A DNA stretch of 64,000 nucleotides from Spirogloea muscicola (taxonomy: Eukaryota), in the NCBI GenBank assembly GCA_009602725.1, contig WELB01000022.1:836589-900588 (forward strand), given 5' to 3'. Positions 16,521 to 30,974 of this stretch are shown piece after piece. The number at the start of each line of letters is the position of its first letter. The stretch's first letter is position 1. The notes beneath the pieces were generated by a model. The model was not told the origin of the DNA. It made no database searches and worked only from the letters and a program-made list of their open reading frames with translations. A program made the translations under genes and the position numbers.

Positions 16521-17454
16521 ATTATTTTGTTCTTCATTTGCATGGTTGGGAACAGGCTTGGTCACTCCTAAGAAAATGTCCTGCCCTCGTATGCTTAGCA
16601 GGCAAAGGAACACATTGTTTATTGGGGCGGGCTGTTTGGCCCACTCCGGCACCTGCAGCCCCTGGTGCAATCTTTGGTGGAAGGTGCGTAGCTTCTCAAG
16701 TCACGGTGGACTCGACCTGCTGTAGACTTAGACGTGCTTCTGGGACTCTAGCTTCAGCTAGCTGCAGCTGCTATCAATCAGCTCTCATGCTCATGTCCGT
16801 CTGCTCAAAAGCACTTGTGGGGGGCTTACAGCAATCTGTGTGAGTCCAAGACTCGTCAGGCAGGCAATTTGCGGCCATAGACGTGGAGCCAGAGATATAT
16901 GTGCCGTTTCACCTTTTCTTTCTGCAACCTGCTTGCACCCATATCACAAACAGGCCCTGGATGCAACTTTACGTCTTCAAAATTCTCATCAACAATCCAA
17001 GTCAGCTTGGCTCGTTCCTCCCAACATGTGGACCTGCAAGCAATGCCCGACCTGCTGTCGCTCTGCATTCAACAAGGACATGTCGCCGCTACTTTTCAAT
17101 GCTTGCATGTATCAGATGACCAAAATATGTGGACTGTAAGACCACATGGTAGTCACGAACTAAGCAAGCTTGCTCGTGAGAGTATGTGAATGGCTACATC
17201 CAAGAGCTCCAAGAGGCACAAGACCTGGCAGAATGAACAAACTCAAGTGAGACATGATTTGCTCCAAGTGTTTGATTAAGAGCCAACTTACAATGAGTTG
17301 CCAAACGTGACCACTACTCCAGCAGCTGCAATAGTACGCACAGGAAAGGCGAGCTCTACAAAGTGGGGGTCAATGTTGAGAAACCCTATTGCACTCACCA
17401 GTCCTGAAGGAAGCTGCACGAGGTTACAGGTTGTGGCTACAGGTGCCGCGCACA

Positions 17455-20994
<3,540 letters not shown>

Positions 20995-22099
20995 CTGCCG
21001 CCGCCGCCGCCGTGCAAGTCGGCGAGCAAGTCAGGTGGGGAGTGAGCAGGCGCATCGAGTAGGAGCGGAGAGAGGAGAGGGTTCGGATGTGGGAGGGGCA
21101 AAGAGACTGTGCTTGAGGTGAGGGAGGAGTTAGCAGGCAATGTAAGCCAGGGGCGGCAGGCCCCATCACAAACGAGGAAATGTGGGTGGAACAGGGGAGG
21201 GAGGGAGGGAGGTAGGTANNNNNNNNNNNNNNNNNNNNNNNNNNNNNNNNNNNNNNNNNNNNNNNNNNNNNNNNNNNNNNNNNNNNNNNNNNNNNNNNNN
21301 NNNNNNNNNNNNNNNNNNNNNNNNNNNNNNNNNNNNNNNNNNNNNNNNNNNNNNNNNNNNNNNNNNNNNNNNNNNNNNNNNNNNNNNNNNNNNNNNNNNN
21401 NNNNNNNNNNNNNNNNNNNNNNNNNNNNNNNNNNNNNNNNNNNNNNNNNNNNNNNNNNNNNNNNNNNNNNNNNNNNNNNNNNNNNNNNNNNNNNNNNNNN
21501 NNNNNNNNNNNNNNNNNNNNNNNNNNNNNNNNNNNNNNNNNNNNNNNNNNNNNNNNNNNNNNNNNNNNNNNNNNNNNNNNNNNNNNNNNNNNNNNNNNNN
21601 NNNNNNNNNNNNNNNNNNNNNNNNNNNNNNNNNNNNNNNNNNNNNNNNNNNNNNNNNNNNNNNNNNNNNNNNNNNNNNNNNNNNNNNNNNNNNNNNNNNN
21701 NNNNNNNNNNNNNNNNNNNNNNNNNNNNNNNNNNNNNNNNNNNNNNNNNNNNNNNNNNNNNNNNNNNNNNNNNNNNNNNNNNNNNNNNNNNNNNNNNNNN
21801 NNNNNNNNNNNNNNNNNNNNNNNNNNNNNNNNNNNNNNNNNNNNNNNNNNNNNNNNNNNNNNNNNNNNNNNNNNNNNNNNNNNNNNNNNNNNNNNNNNNN
21901 NNNNNNNNNNNNNNNNNNNNNNNNNNNNNNNNNNNNNNNNNNNNNNNNNNNNNNNNNNNNNNNNNNNNNNNNNNNNNNNNNNNNNNNNNNNNNNNNNNNN
22001 NNNNNNNNNNNNNNNNNNNNNNNNNNNNNNNNNNNNNNNNNNNNNNNNNNNNNNNNNNNNNNNNNNNNNNNNNNNNNNNNNNNNNNNNNNNNNNNNNNN

Positions 22100-23487
22100 G
22101 CACGCGGCGGCGGCAGCGGCGGCTTTCGCGGCGGAGGTGGCGGCGGCTGACGCGGCCGCCCGGAGCGGCCGCCGCAGACCTGCGGGTGAAGCCGCCGGGC
22201 GTCCGCGTGGTGCTCAACGGCGGGCAGCAGGTCGCCGTCCCCCGCTTCGACGGCTACTTCGCCTTGTACGCCCCGCCTTTCCCGCCGCCTTTCCCGCCGG
22301 CGCCGCCGCCGGCGCCGCCGCCGCCAGTGCCGTTGCCTTGATAGACCGCCCGTCGGCGAATACGGCCGGCCCCCAGTCGAGGGCTTTCCCTCACGGCCGC
22401 CGCTGTCGCCTCCGCGGCGCGCCCGCGCAGCCGCGGCGTGCCCTCCGGGACGCACCTGCTGGAGGTCGTCGCCGTCGGCAGCTACTTCCCGCCGGTGAGC
22501 CTGCCGCCGCACATCCGACGCCTCGCACGCCTCACTGAGCTAGAGCTTGCTCTGCTTACTGTCGTCAATTGTAACCATGTGGGTCATGGTGCTGCCAATT
22601 TGGGCTTGAGCTCACCATCAAATCAATTGTAGTTGCGCCAGTGGTCATGGCCGTCAAGTCCGTCGCCGCCTCGCACCGCTGCAGCTTTCAAAGGAGGCGT
22701 CCGCGAGGCTGTGCTTGATATCCATGGCTGGGCGGCTGCTGTTCTCCAGGTGAGGCTGGATGTGAGCGCGAGGCTGCGGGGCAAGGTGAAGGCGGCGTAC
22801 ACAGAGGACAGCTCGCAGGTCCTGCCACAGCCGCTTGTGCTGCAGGCCACCAAAGATGAGGACTACTTTGAGGTCAGCGCAATGGTCGCCAAAGGCTCTA
22901 CTTCTTCATGTTGTACGAGCATGTCTGCACATTTCCCACATAGCAGAGTCTTCTTGTGGCATTGGCTGTACATTGTGCAGTCTGGTCAGGTCTGTGCATA
23001 TTCTCTTTCTGTCAATTTGCTGGTCTATCTGGGTCTGGAGGGTTGCAGCACTACGACCAGCTGCTAATGGCCTTCTCCCCTTACATGTCATGGTAGAAGC
23101 GTGAGCCCTTCTCCCCACTGACGTTCCTCAAGAGCCCAATGGGCATGATGGTTGCCTTTATGGTCGTTGTCGTCTTTCTGCTACCCAAGCTCATGGACAG
23201 CATTGGTAAGCAATGTGCTGGCTTTGGACTACTTACTCCGTGTTGCGGACTTTGACAACTTACTGTTTGAAGCTGTTAGACTGTCTGTATGCTCATAAAT
23301 TCTTCCTGCAGAGTCGTCTGGCTGGGCGGTCATGAAGGAATTGCAAAAGGTAATGTTGACTCTGACTCCATGTGTGACTTGTTATTGGCCTTGAGCAGAT
23401 CCCGAGGAGATGAAGAAGATGCAGGAGGACATGCGGAACCAGCCCACACCTTCCTTGTCCAGCCTTCTGACAGGGGGCCGGAGTTGA
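22100..23487 (+). CDS. EMC7: ER membrane protein complex subunit 7 (DUF2012); 5 visible exons, start in gap
   Basis: VVLNGGQQVAVPRFDGYFAL|RGVPSGTHLLEVVAVGSYFPP|VRLDVSAR...DYFE|KREPFSPLTFLKSPMGMMVAFMVVVVFLLPKLMDSI|DPEEMKKMQEDMRNQ; TGA at 23485-23487. Confidence 0.92.
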
Positions 23488-26136
23488 AGCAGCCACACCT
23501 AGAGGGGCCTGAGATTGTGATGGCAGTTCATTACACTCCCCTACAAGCTTCGTCATCAGCTACATCAGATCACCATCACAGTCTGGCATCTTGACTGCAC
23601 CAAGCCTGTAGTGGCACCCTATTGCTAATGCAGCAGAGCTCAAGGTCCTCAAGCTGATGACCTCATGCACAGGGAGAAAGACTCACGGTATCAACCCTAG
23701 TGCCAAACCCTCCTCTTATATCTTAGGTTGACATGTCAGACATGGGTCAGGGTAGGATTGCATCCGTGCACTAGTAGCAGTAGTGCAGTGCAGCAGTTGA
23801 GAGGGAACAGGCATGAAGTCATGTGCATCTCTGAAGTCATTGAGCGGATTCTGTTGGGAGCCCACAGTGGTTTAACATCTTGTACAGCTGTATGCTCTGA
23901 GCTCTGAGTCTGTACGACATGTATTCAGTGAGACAGCAACCCATAAAGTCTGTCTTAGGAAATGAGCTCTATCATGGTGACACAAGGGGAAAGCGTTCAC
24001 CCTCAGTGTGACAATATATATAGATGAGAACCACGCAAGGGGCCAAAAAGCTGATGCACCGCTACACTTGCTGGAGTTCCAGCAGATTGCCCTGATTCAA
24101 TAAAAGTACAGCACAGTGAAGGCAAAACATGGCACAAAAGGGGACAACAATGCCGACCTACTATAATCGAGGGGCCAGAAGCTGGACTAGCCAGTGTGAT
24201 CAGGTGGAGTCGCCTCATTAGCACGTCAAGCAACTATGAAGTCAAGCAAAATAAAGGGATCAACCAATAACAAAGCCAAAGTCATGATGCTGCACAGCCA
24301 CTGCTCCAAATCAACAGATTGTCCTCTTTGTTCGACAGAACAAAGCAACTGTCTAGCCTATCTGGCTCGAACACACACGTGACGCCGAGTAGGGAGGAGA
24401 GAGTTTGTGAGCAGGTGGTGAACGGATGGATCATGTAAAGCTGTCCACTACTACGTGCAACAGACATCTTAGGAGTCTGTGCTTGCGATGAAGTTATATA
24501 AGGAAGGCTCTTGGGGATAGATGGTTACAACAAAAGATGCTGGAGAGAGACCTTGTAGATGAAGTAGGTATTGCTGAAAAGAGCAGACCTGCAGACTACA
24601 CAGATGACGAGGCGTGCTAAGGATAGACCACTTGAGTCGCTAATTTGTCAGCCTAGCGAGCAGAAGCGAGACGCCATGGCTGGTAGAAGGTGCAAGCAGT
24701 GCTTGGCAAGCGCAAAAGGCCAGTGCAGGACATTGTGGGCCTCGAGATTACCATACGTACAGCTGCTTCACCTGAAGGGGCTACTGATGTCCACGACTTA
24801 CACGGCCTTGCAGCATTGCAGCAATAAGTGCATGCCACAGCGCAAGAACGTATAAGTCATTGGCACGGTAGTTCTTCTCTACTGCTCTATTTGCTGAGGT
24901 GCGGTTGCAATGCCAGTTATAGGACGTCAACTGGAACCACACTACACCCTGCAGGTCCACAGCAGCAGCTTTTTGACGACGGTAGAGACTACAGGTAGTC
25001 TTAAATGGGTAGTGAAGGTTCTACTAATGGCTTCCGAGGCCCTACGTGGACCGATCGAGCTTGATAAGTAATTTCCAGCAGTGCGCCTGAAGCTTCCAAG
25101 GGCTTTGGACCTCGACAAGAAACTCCTCGGCAGGAGTTGAGGCATTTTCGGGGCGGGAGAGCAGAGGTTGTATTTAGCTGCAGAATTGCGCCTGCTAAGC
25201 GTCTGCAAAGTAGTAGCGCCCAGAGGTGAGAATCGCTATTTGTGCTCAGCAAGCTGACGAGGCTGGCTCGCAAGCTCGCATCGAGTAGATTGGCCGAAGT
25301 GGCACCTGCTACGAGGGAGAGGCATCTGCAGAAGCGCAGGCGACAGGCTGGAGAGGCCGGCCTACTTGAGAGAGGTCCATAGAAGCTCTGCTGCGCTGTG
25401 AGAACGAAGCTCTGTCAAACGGGATGGTGACTGGAAGATGCCGAAGCTCTGTCATACGGGATGGTGACTGGGAGATGCCTAAAGCTAGATCAGGATTTCA
25501 TGATGCAGGACCGTCCGCAAATTGATGAGGGCTAGTCTTCTGGCAGCTACTTGCATTGGGTGCTACATACTGGACGCTGTACTCGCTCACTGACTTCCTC
25601 AGTGTGTTGACATCCTCAGAGCCCTCCAAGGCCAAGCCAGTAACCAGGTCCTGGGCTCAGTGGCAGAAAGAATGACAGTGAGGGTTGATTGAAAAGTACG
25701 TGTAAGGTGGCACCTCCATGCTGCAGATACAGATCGTAATCGTGCGGCTAACAAATATGTGCCTGGTAAAGCGAAGCGGAGGACATCGTTTTTGCAATAT
25801 TTGTTGGAGCACTCCTTCAGTGTCAAGAAACAGGCACGTCAAGAGCAACTTTGACAGTTGCCAATGCTTGGACCGATAAATAACCTTCCAGTATCGCTGA
25901 TTCTTGCTACTGATCAGCCTGTCAGATGTATCGAATGCACCACTGGCTCACAACTGGCCGAAAGGGGTGGACTCTGTATTGTACAAATTAGACCCTACTA
26001 TTTAACGATCCATGACTAGTATGGCAAATCTGCAGTGATAAATGAATCTCTACAGTAGAAAATGCATGCTGGGAAGGGGGGCGATGGTGAGCCTGCGCAA
26101 CAACTGCTGGTAGACTTAACCATGGCCGATATCACG

Positions 26137-27892
26137 TCAAGCCCATTTGGCTATCAGACTCATACATGCTGCACCCGCAAACATGGCTACGAATCCAAGA
26201 GAGACCACAGCGTTGCTGGCAGGTCGATCCTCGTCCGAGAAGGTAGGTATGATGAGATCCGCCAGACCATTGTAGATAAGAATCCCACCAGCTACAGCGT
26301 TGAATGAGCCCTGTGTGCCCAACACTGCAACATTACCACACACGCATTGACCTTATAAGAGACTCATCTCGCCTGTGAGGGTGGAGTACCTGTGCTGAGA
26401 GCCCACACTAGAGGGAACAAGCTAGCGAGATGAATACAGGGGAAGGAAATCGTTCCATGCACAAGGTCCATACACCAGGTCAAGCTGCAGCCCCAGCTTA
26501 ATGCACAGTTGGCCTGCAAAAGTGGTGTCAAGAGAGATCATACCACTGGGGTCATTCTCGTTGTAGTTGATTGACACGCTTATGCCAATGGCAATGCCAA
26601 CTGGTGTACTCAGAGCAAACAAGAGCCCCATGATTGCATACTTCCGTTTGTTATATCCTGCCTTGCAGAAAGCAGCCCCAAGAGCCAAGCCTTCAAATCC
26701 CTGCCAAGATAAACAGCAGCCGCTTGCAACAGTCTCAGTCTCAACTTGACCACAAGTCTACGACAGAAGTGCCGATGAAGAGATGAACCAAGTGTGGAGA
26801 CAATGCAGCAAGCCTCACATTGTTTCACAGCACAGGGCTGACCTGGTGGAAGAGGAGGGCGAACATCAAACCGCGTACGTAACCTATGTCAGTGTTTGTG
26901 CCGAGCGTCAGTCCAACAAAGACGGAATGAAAGATAATCCCTGCCTCCAGGGTGAGCGCCACCACATTCCACTCCAGCCGTCTCTCCTTCTCAAGGTCCA
27001 CCTGCTTTGGATTTGCCTTTGCCCCCTCCAGATCGTCGCCCCTGCTTAGACCGCCTGCAGGGCCCAAATAGACAGCTCAGCAACTGTGGCCGACATGACA
27101 AGCTCGTGTCTGTGTCTCAGACCGTCTTTCCAGCGCAAACAGCAACTTGTCACCGGCCTGGCCTGTGTAAGCAGGAGCCACGCGGCTGGGGGGAACAGGC
27201 CTTGCACTTGGGCAGAGTCTTCAAGTGAAGCTTGGGTGGGCAAGCAATAGGCCCTCCTGATCGACTGCACAAGGAGTGAAGCGATGAGTTGCGTCAGTGC
27301 ATCGGGAGCAGGCAACGAGCGTCAGATAGAGCTTGCAGAGGAGGGCGAGGTGAGGGCTCGGTGCGCTCACCATGCGCAGCCAGAACTCGAGGCAGAATGT
27401 GCATAGCGAGGCGGCGAGCGCAAAGGCGTAGGCCCAGGGGAAGGAGGTGGAGAAGTGGAGGCAGGGGTTGGATAGGTCGGCGGCGGCGTCGGGCAGGATG
27501 TGGACGTAGCCCACCGCCAGCACCACGCCGGCGGCAAAGGCCCTCCCGATGAAGAAGAAGGGGTTGCGGAAGCTGACTCCGCCGAAGAAGCTGAGGAGGA
27601 AGGGCAGGAGGACGCCGACGGCCGACGCTGCGGGCGCACCAGAGCACAAGCACATGCACAAGCACAAGCACGGCGTGGTGAGCTGCGGTAGCCGAGGCGG
27701 CTGCCTGCCCAGGGCTGGCAGGTTGAGGGGGGGCTGCCCGCGGAGGAGCGGAGCACGGCAGGCGCGGGGCAAGGCGAGGCGAGGCGGGGAGCGGCGGCGG
27801 AGGGGCGTACCGGTGAGGACGCCGAAGAGGCCGCCGATGCGGAAGCCGAGCGCGGAGCGGGCGGAGGTGTCGCCGCGCCCGCAGTCGTCCAT
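26137..27892 (-). CDS. ZIP/IRT-family Zn/Fe transporter; 6 exons
   Basis: AFAAGVVLAVGYVHILPDA, LEAGIIFHSVFVGLTLG, ALLFHQ|GFEGLALG, FALSTPVGIAIG, AGGILIYNGLADL, MSLIAKWA*. Confidence 0.93.
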
Positions 27893-28009
27893 GGCGCGCG
27901 CCGGGGGGGGAGGAGTGTGGAGGCGGGGGCGCTGGGCGGGGCGCCATGGCGGGGGCGGGGCGGCAGGGGTGTCGACATGGCGCCGGGGGCACAGCTAGCT
28001 GCCCGCTGG

Positions 28010-30520
28010 GGAGGAGCTCGCCCGTTGAGGATAGGGGCTGGAAAAGCCAGCCCAAAGGGAGGGGGCCTCCAAGCTCCGCCCCCGGGATGTCCCCACCCTG
28101 TCGACACCGCCGCGGGCCGGGCGCACGTCTCGCCGCCCCACCTCCCCCCCCCCTTTCTCGCCTGCCTCCTCGCCCTCGCCCCCCCCGCCGTGAGCCAAGG
28201 GCCGTGACACCAGTGAACGTCGGCTCGTTCCACGACGACGTCAGCTCGTCCCCGTCGAATGTGAGCTTCATCCAAGAGAGGCCAATTCCAGCCTTGCAAA
28301 TGTCCTGGTAACGGGGTAATGAGTTGGCTAAGGGGGGCACTAACATCCTCGAGTGAGCACACAAGTATCAGACGAGCTAAGCTGAGGAGCCAGACCACCA
28401 CCACGGAAGCCATCAGTCTGGCCAGACCCACGCCCAGCACGCTGGTGTATCATCCAAAGGTCATTCCAGACCTTGTACATCGCGCTCTTCTGGAGGAGTG
28501 TTCCTTCTTTTTGTACGTTCCTTTGGGCCGGCCTCCGGATAGCCATCGCCTCACATTGGAAGAGCTCATTCTCCCACTCGCACTGCACGCCTTCCATCTC
28601 ATCATTCATGTAGCGATGTATTTTCCGCACTAGTATCTGCCTGAACAACGTATTGGCTTGAATTGGCCTCCCTCTCAATTCTAGAGCACCGCGCGCCTAC
28701 TCTTTATCTGAAGGGGGCGAGGGCTGTGAGAAAGCCAGCCCGACAAGAACCTACAAGGTCTGAAGGGGCCGACCAGCCCCGAAACCTCACACAACCAAGC
28801 GAGTAGCATGTAGAAAACGGCGGAGGGCTGTGAAAGAGAAGAGCGCGCCCATAGAAAAGAGGGGCTGCCAAAGCCAGCCCAAAAACGAATGGACAATGCC
28901 CACAGCCAAAGCAAGAGGAGCCGGAGAAAGGACTACACTACAACATACTGCAGAACTCAGAAACGATGCAGAGGAAGTGTGAAAGCCCGCCCCAACGAAG
29001 CCTACCCCGGAATGTATGGACAAGGTCCGATGGGGCCGGAAAGCGCTGAACCACCCAGCTATGCAAGTGCCGCGAAGGACAGATGCTCAGTGACTCCGAG
29101 CTAGCTGCCGCACGTCAGAGAGAAGAAGTGGCTCTCCCAATGGGGGCAAGGGCTGTGAGAAGCCAGCCCGAAAAGAATTGACAAGGTTCGAAGAGAGAAC
29201 GGCAGCCGGAAAAGCAGTCCTCTCTTACTCGGGGATATTTCGTGTCCCCCTTAGCCTGCCATCACCCAATTAACAGGACATTTGTAAGGCTAGAATTGGC
29301 CTCCCTTTCAATTTCATGCGCGCCGCGTGCCTTCTCTCTTAAAGAAGAAGGGCTCGCCCATTGAGGGCCTCTTTAAAGAAAAAAGTGCTCGCTCGTAGGC
29401 AAGAGGGGCTGACAAAGTCAGCCCAAAAAGAACGGACAATGTCCAAAGCCAAAGAAAGGGCTCGCCCATTGATTATAGGGGCTGGAAAAGCCAGCTCAGA
29501 AAAGATGGAACAAGTACGAGAAGGGGGCCAGGGAAAGCGCTAAGAAAAAAAGCACAAGAAGAAACAAAGCAGCTATGTATTACTCAGTAACCCCTGCTAA
29601 GCAGACTCAGGTTAGAGAAGCTAGGCCTCTCTTAAAGATGAAGGGCTCGCCCATTGAGGATAGGGGCTGGAAAAAGCCAGCCCAAAAAAGAATGAACAAA
29701 GGACGAGAAGGGGCCTCGTAAAGAGGGCCCCCGCATTATCGCGGACGTCGTGACAACCGACTCCTCCAACCCCACCATATCCGCGGCACAAGCAGGGCAT
29801 GCGCTTGGCAAGGCTGCTGGCCGAAGTGAGCGCAAGTATGCGGACCAACTTGCCGGCATGAATTTGTGGCGCTGGCGATGGACGCGCACGGGGCATTTTG
29901 CAGTCAGTGGCTGGACCTCCTGCAGCGGCTTGCATGGCGGGCCATCAATCGCCGTCAGGGATAGCAAGGTGAGCTGCCCGGCATTTCAACGTCGCCGTGT
30001 CGCTTCCCAGCTCTTCCGCATGCATTTCCAAGCTCATGCAGTGCACGTGCCGGCAGGCCGTGCTTTGGCTGCTACTTCTGTGTATTGGCTCGCACCACCG
30101 CCCAGACAATTGGTGGGTAGAATGCACAATGACTCCCCAAAGGTGTCAATCGCTGTAGAGGAAGCTTGGCTTCAGCCGCTTGGGATGACTGGCAATGATT
30201 TTCGGCCATTATTGCGCGGCAGACAGCTTAATTCGGATTCTTGACACCGCCGCTGCGGCTCCGCCGCTGCTTTGCTGCTGCGTCAGCCGCCACTGCTATT
30301 CGCCTCCTCGCAAGCACTGCTCCGACACCTTCGTTCATCCTGCTAGCTTTTCCGACTTGCATCTACTGTCTAGAGGTTACTGAGAGTCTCCTTGCTGCTG
30401 TCTTAGCACTTCGCACTCCGGGTCTTCAAGCTCAACTCTTCAGGATGCACTTGGCTATGTCCTTGCAGCGGTCCCTGGCTGTGACGTTCCCTCCCGTTTC
30501 AGGGTGCCGACGGTGCCGGT
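28010..30520. mobile_element. Mosaic of nested CRE-clade retrotransposon 3' fragments (several subfamilies, both strands)
   Basis: Repeated ORF ends (LTRGC* 28340, LTRGYFVSP* ~29225-29255, LLSRGY* ~29583 and 30383), RLE fragment RIIADVVTTD...KYAD (29733-29860) and repeated hairpin 3' UTRs. Confidence 0.85.
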
Positions 30521-30719
30521 AACCTTACATGATCGTATCGTATCTACCGTTTGGGAGTACAACAAATAGAATTGGAAGCCCAAAGTACATATTGAGGGCC
30601 AGCCTGACAAATCAACTAGGGGCCATCGGCTGCATTTGGCCAGCAACCCCAAACCCTAAACCCGAACGGTACGGGTGATTTCGCTCCACCACGTGTAGCT
30701 AAGCATGGGCTGAGGCCCT

Positions 30720-30786
30720 GCGCGTGCGGCACGCGCCACGCGCGGCACGCGCCACGCGCGGCACTTGCCACGCGCAGCACGCGCCA
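30720..30786 (+). repeat. Imperfect 16-bp tandem repeat (GCGGCACGCGCCACGC), about 4 units
   Basis: Read directly from the sequence. Confidence 0.8.
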
Positions 30787-30974
30787 GTCCCTCCGGGGGA
30801 GGACCTTGGGGGCTTACCCTGGTGAGCCCTCCGTGAAGGACCCACGTGGTCGCACTTCGGGGAGCCACCGAATGGCCACGTGGCGTGCCACGTGGCGACG
30901 CTTCGGTGGAGCTCGCGAGCTTCCCCCCCAGCCCGCGACGGCCAGCGCGCAGCCAGATGGCGGTGGCCCGAGCA

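Noticed and set aside
16856..17068. 70-aa ORF downstream of PRP17
   Set aside because: No recognisable motif or splice context; could be UTR or part of the adjacent LTR remnant.
25405..25478. 37-bp direct repeat x2 as CRISPR-like array
   Set aside because: Two adjacent units, no spacers, eukaryotic context; a simple tandem duplication.
28460..28678. ORF RKIHRYMNDEMEG...KVWNDLW as a transposase or novel gene
   Set aside because: Chimeric frame across CRE fragments; the opposite strand contains a degenerate hairpin-UTR motif (~28510-28545).
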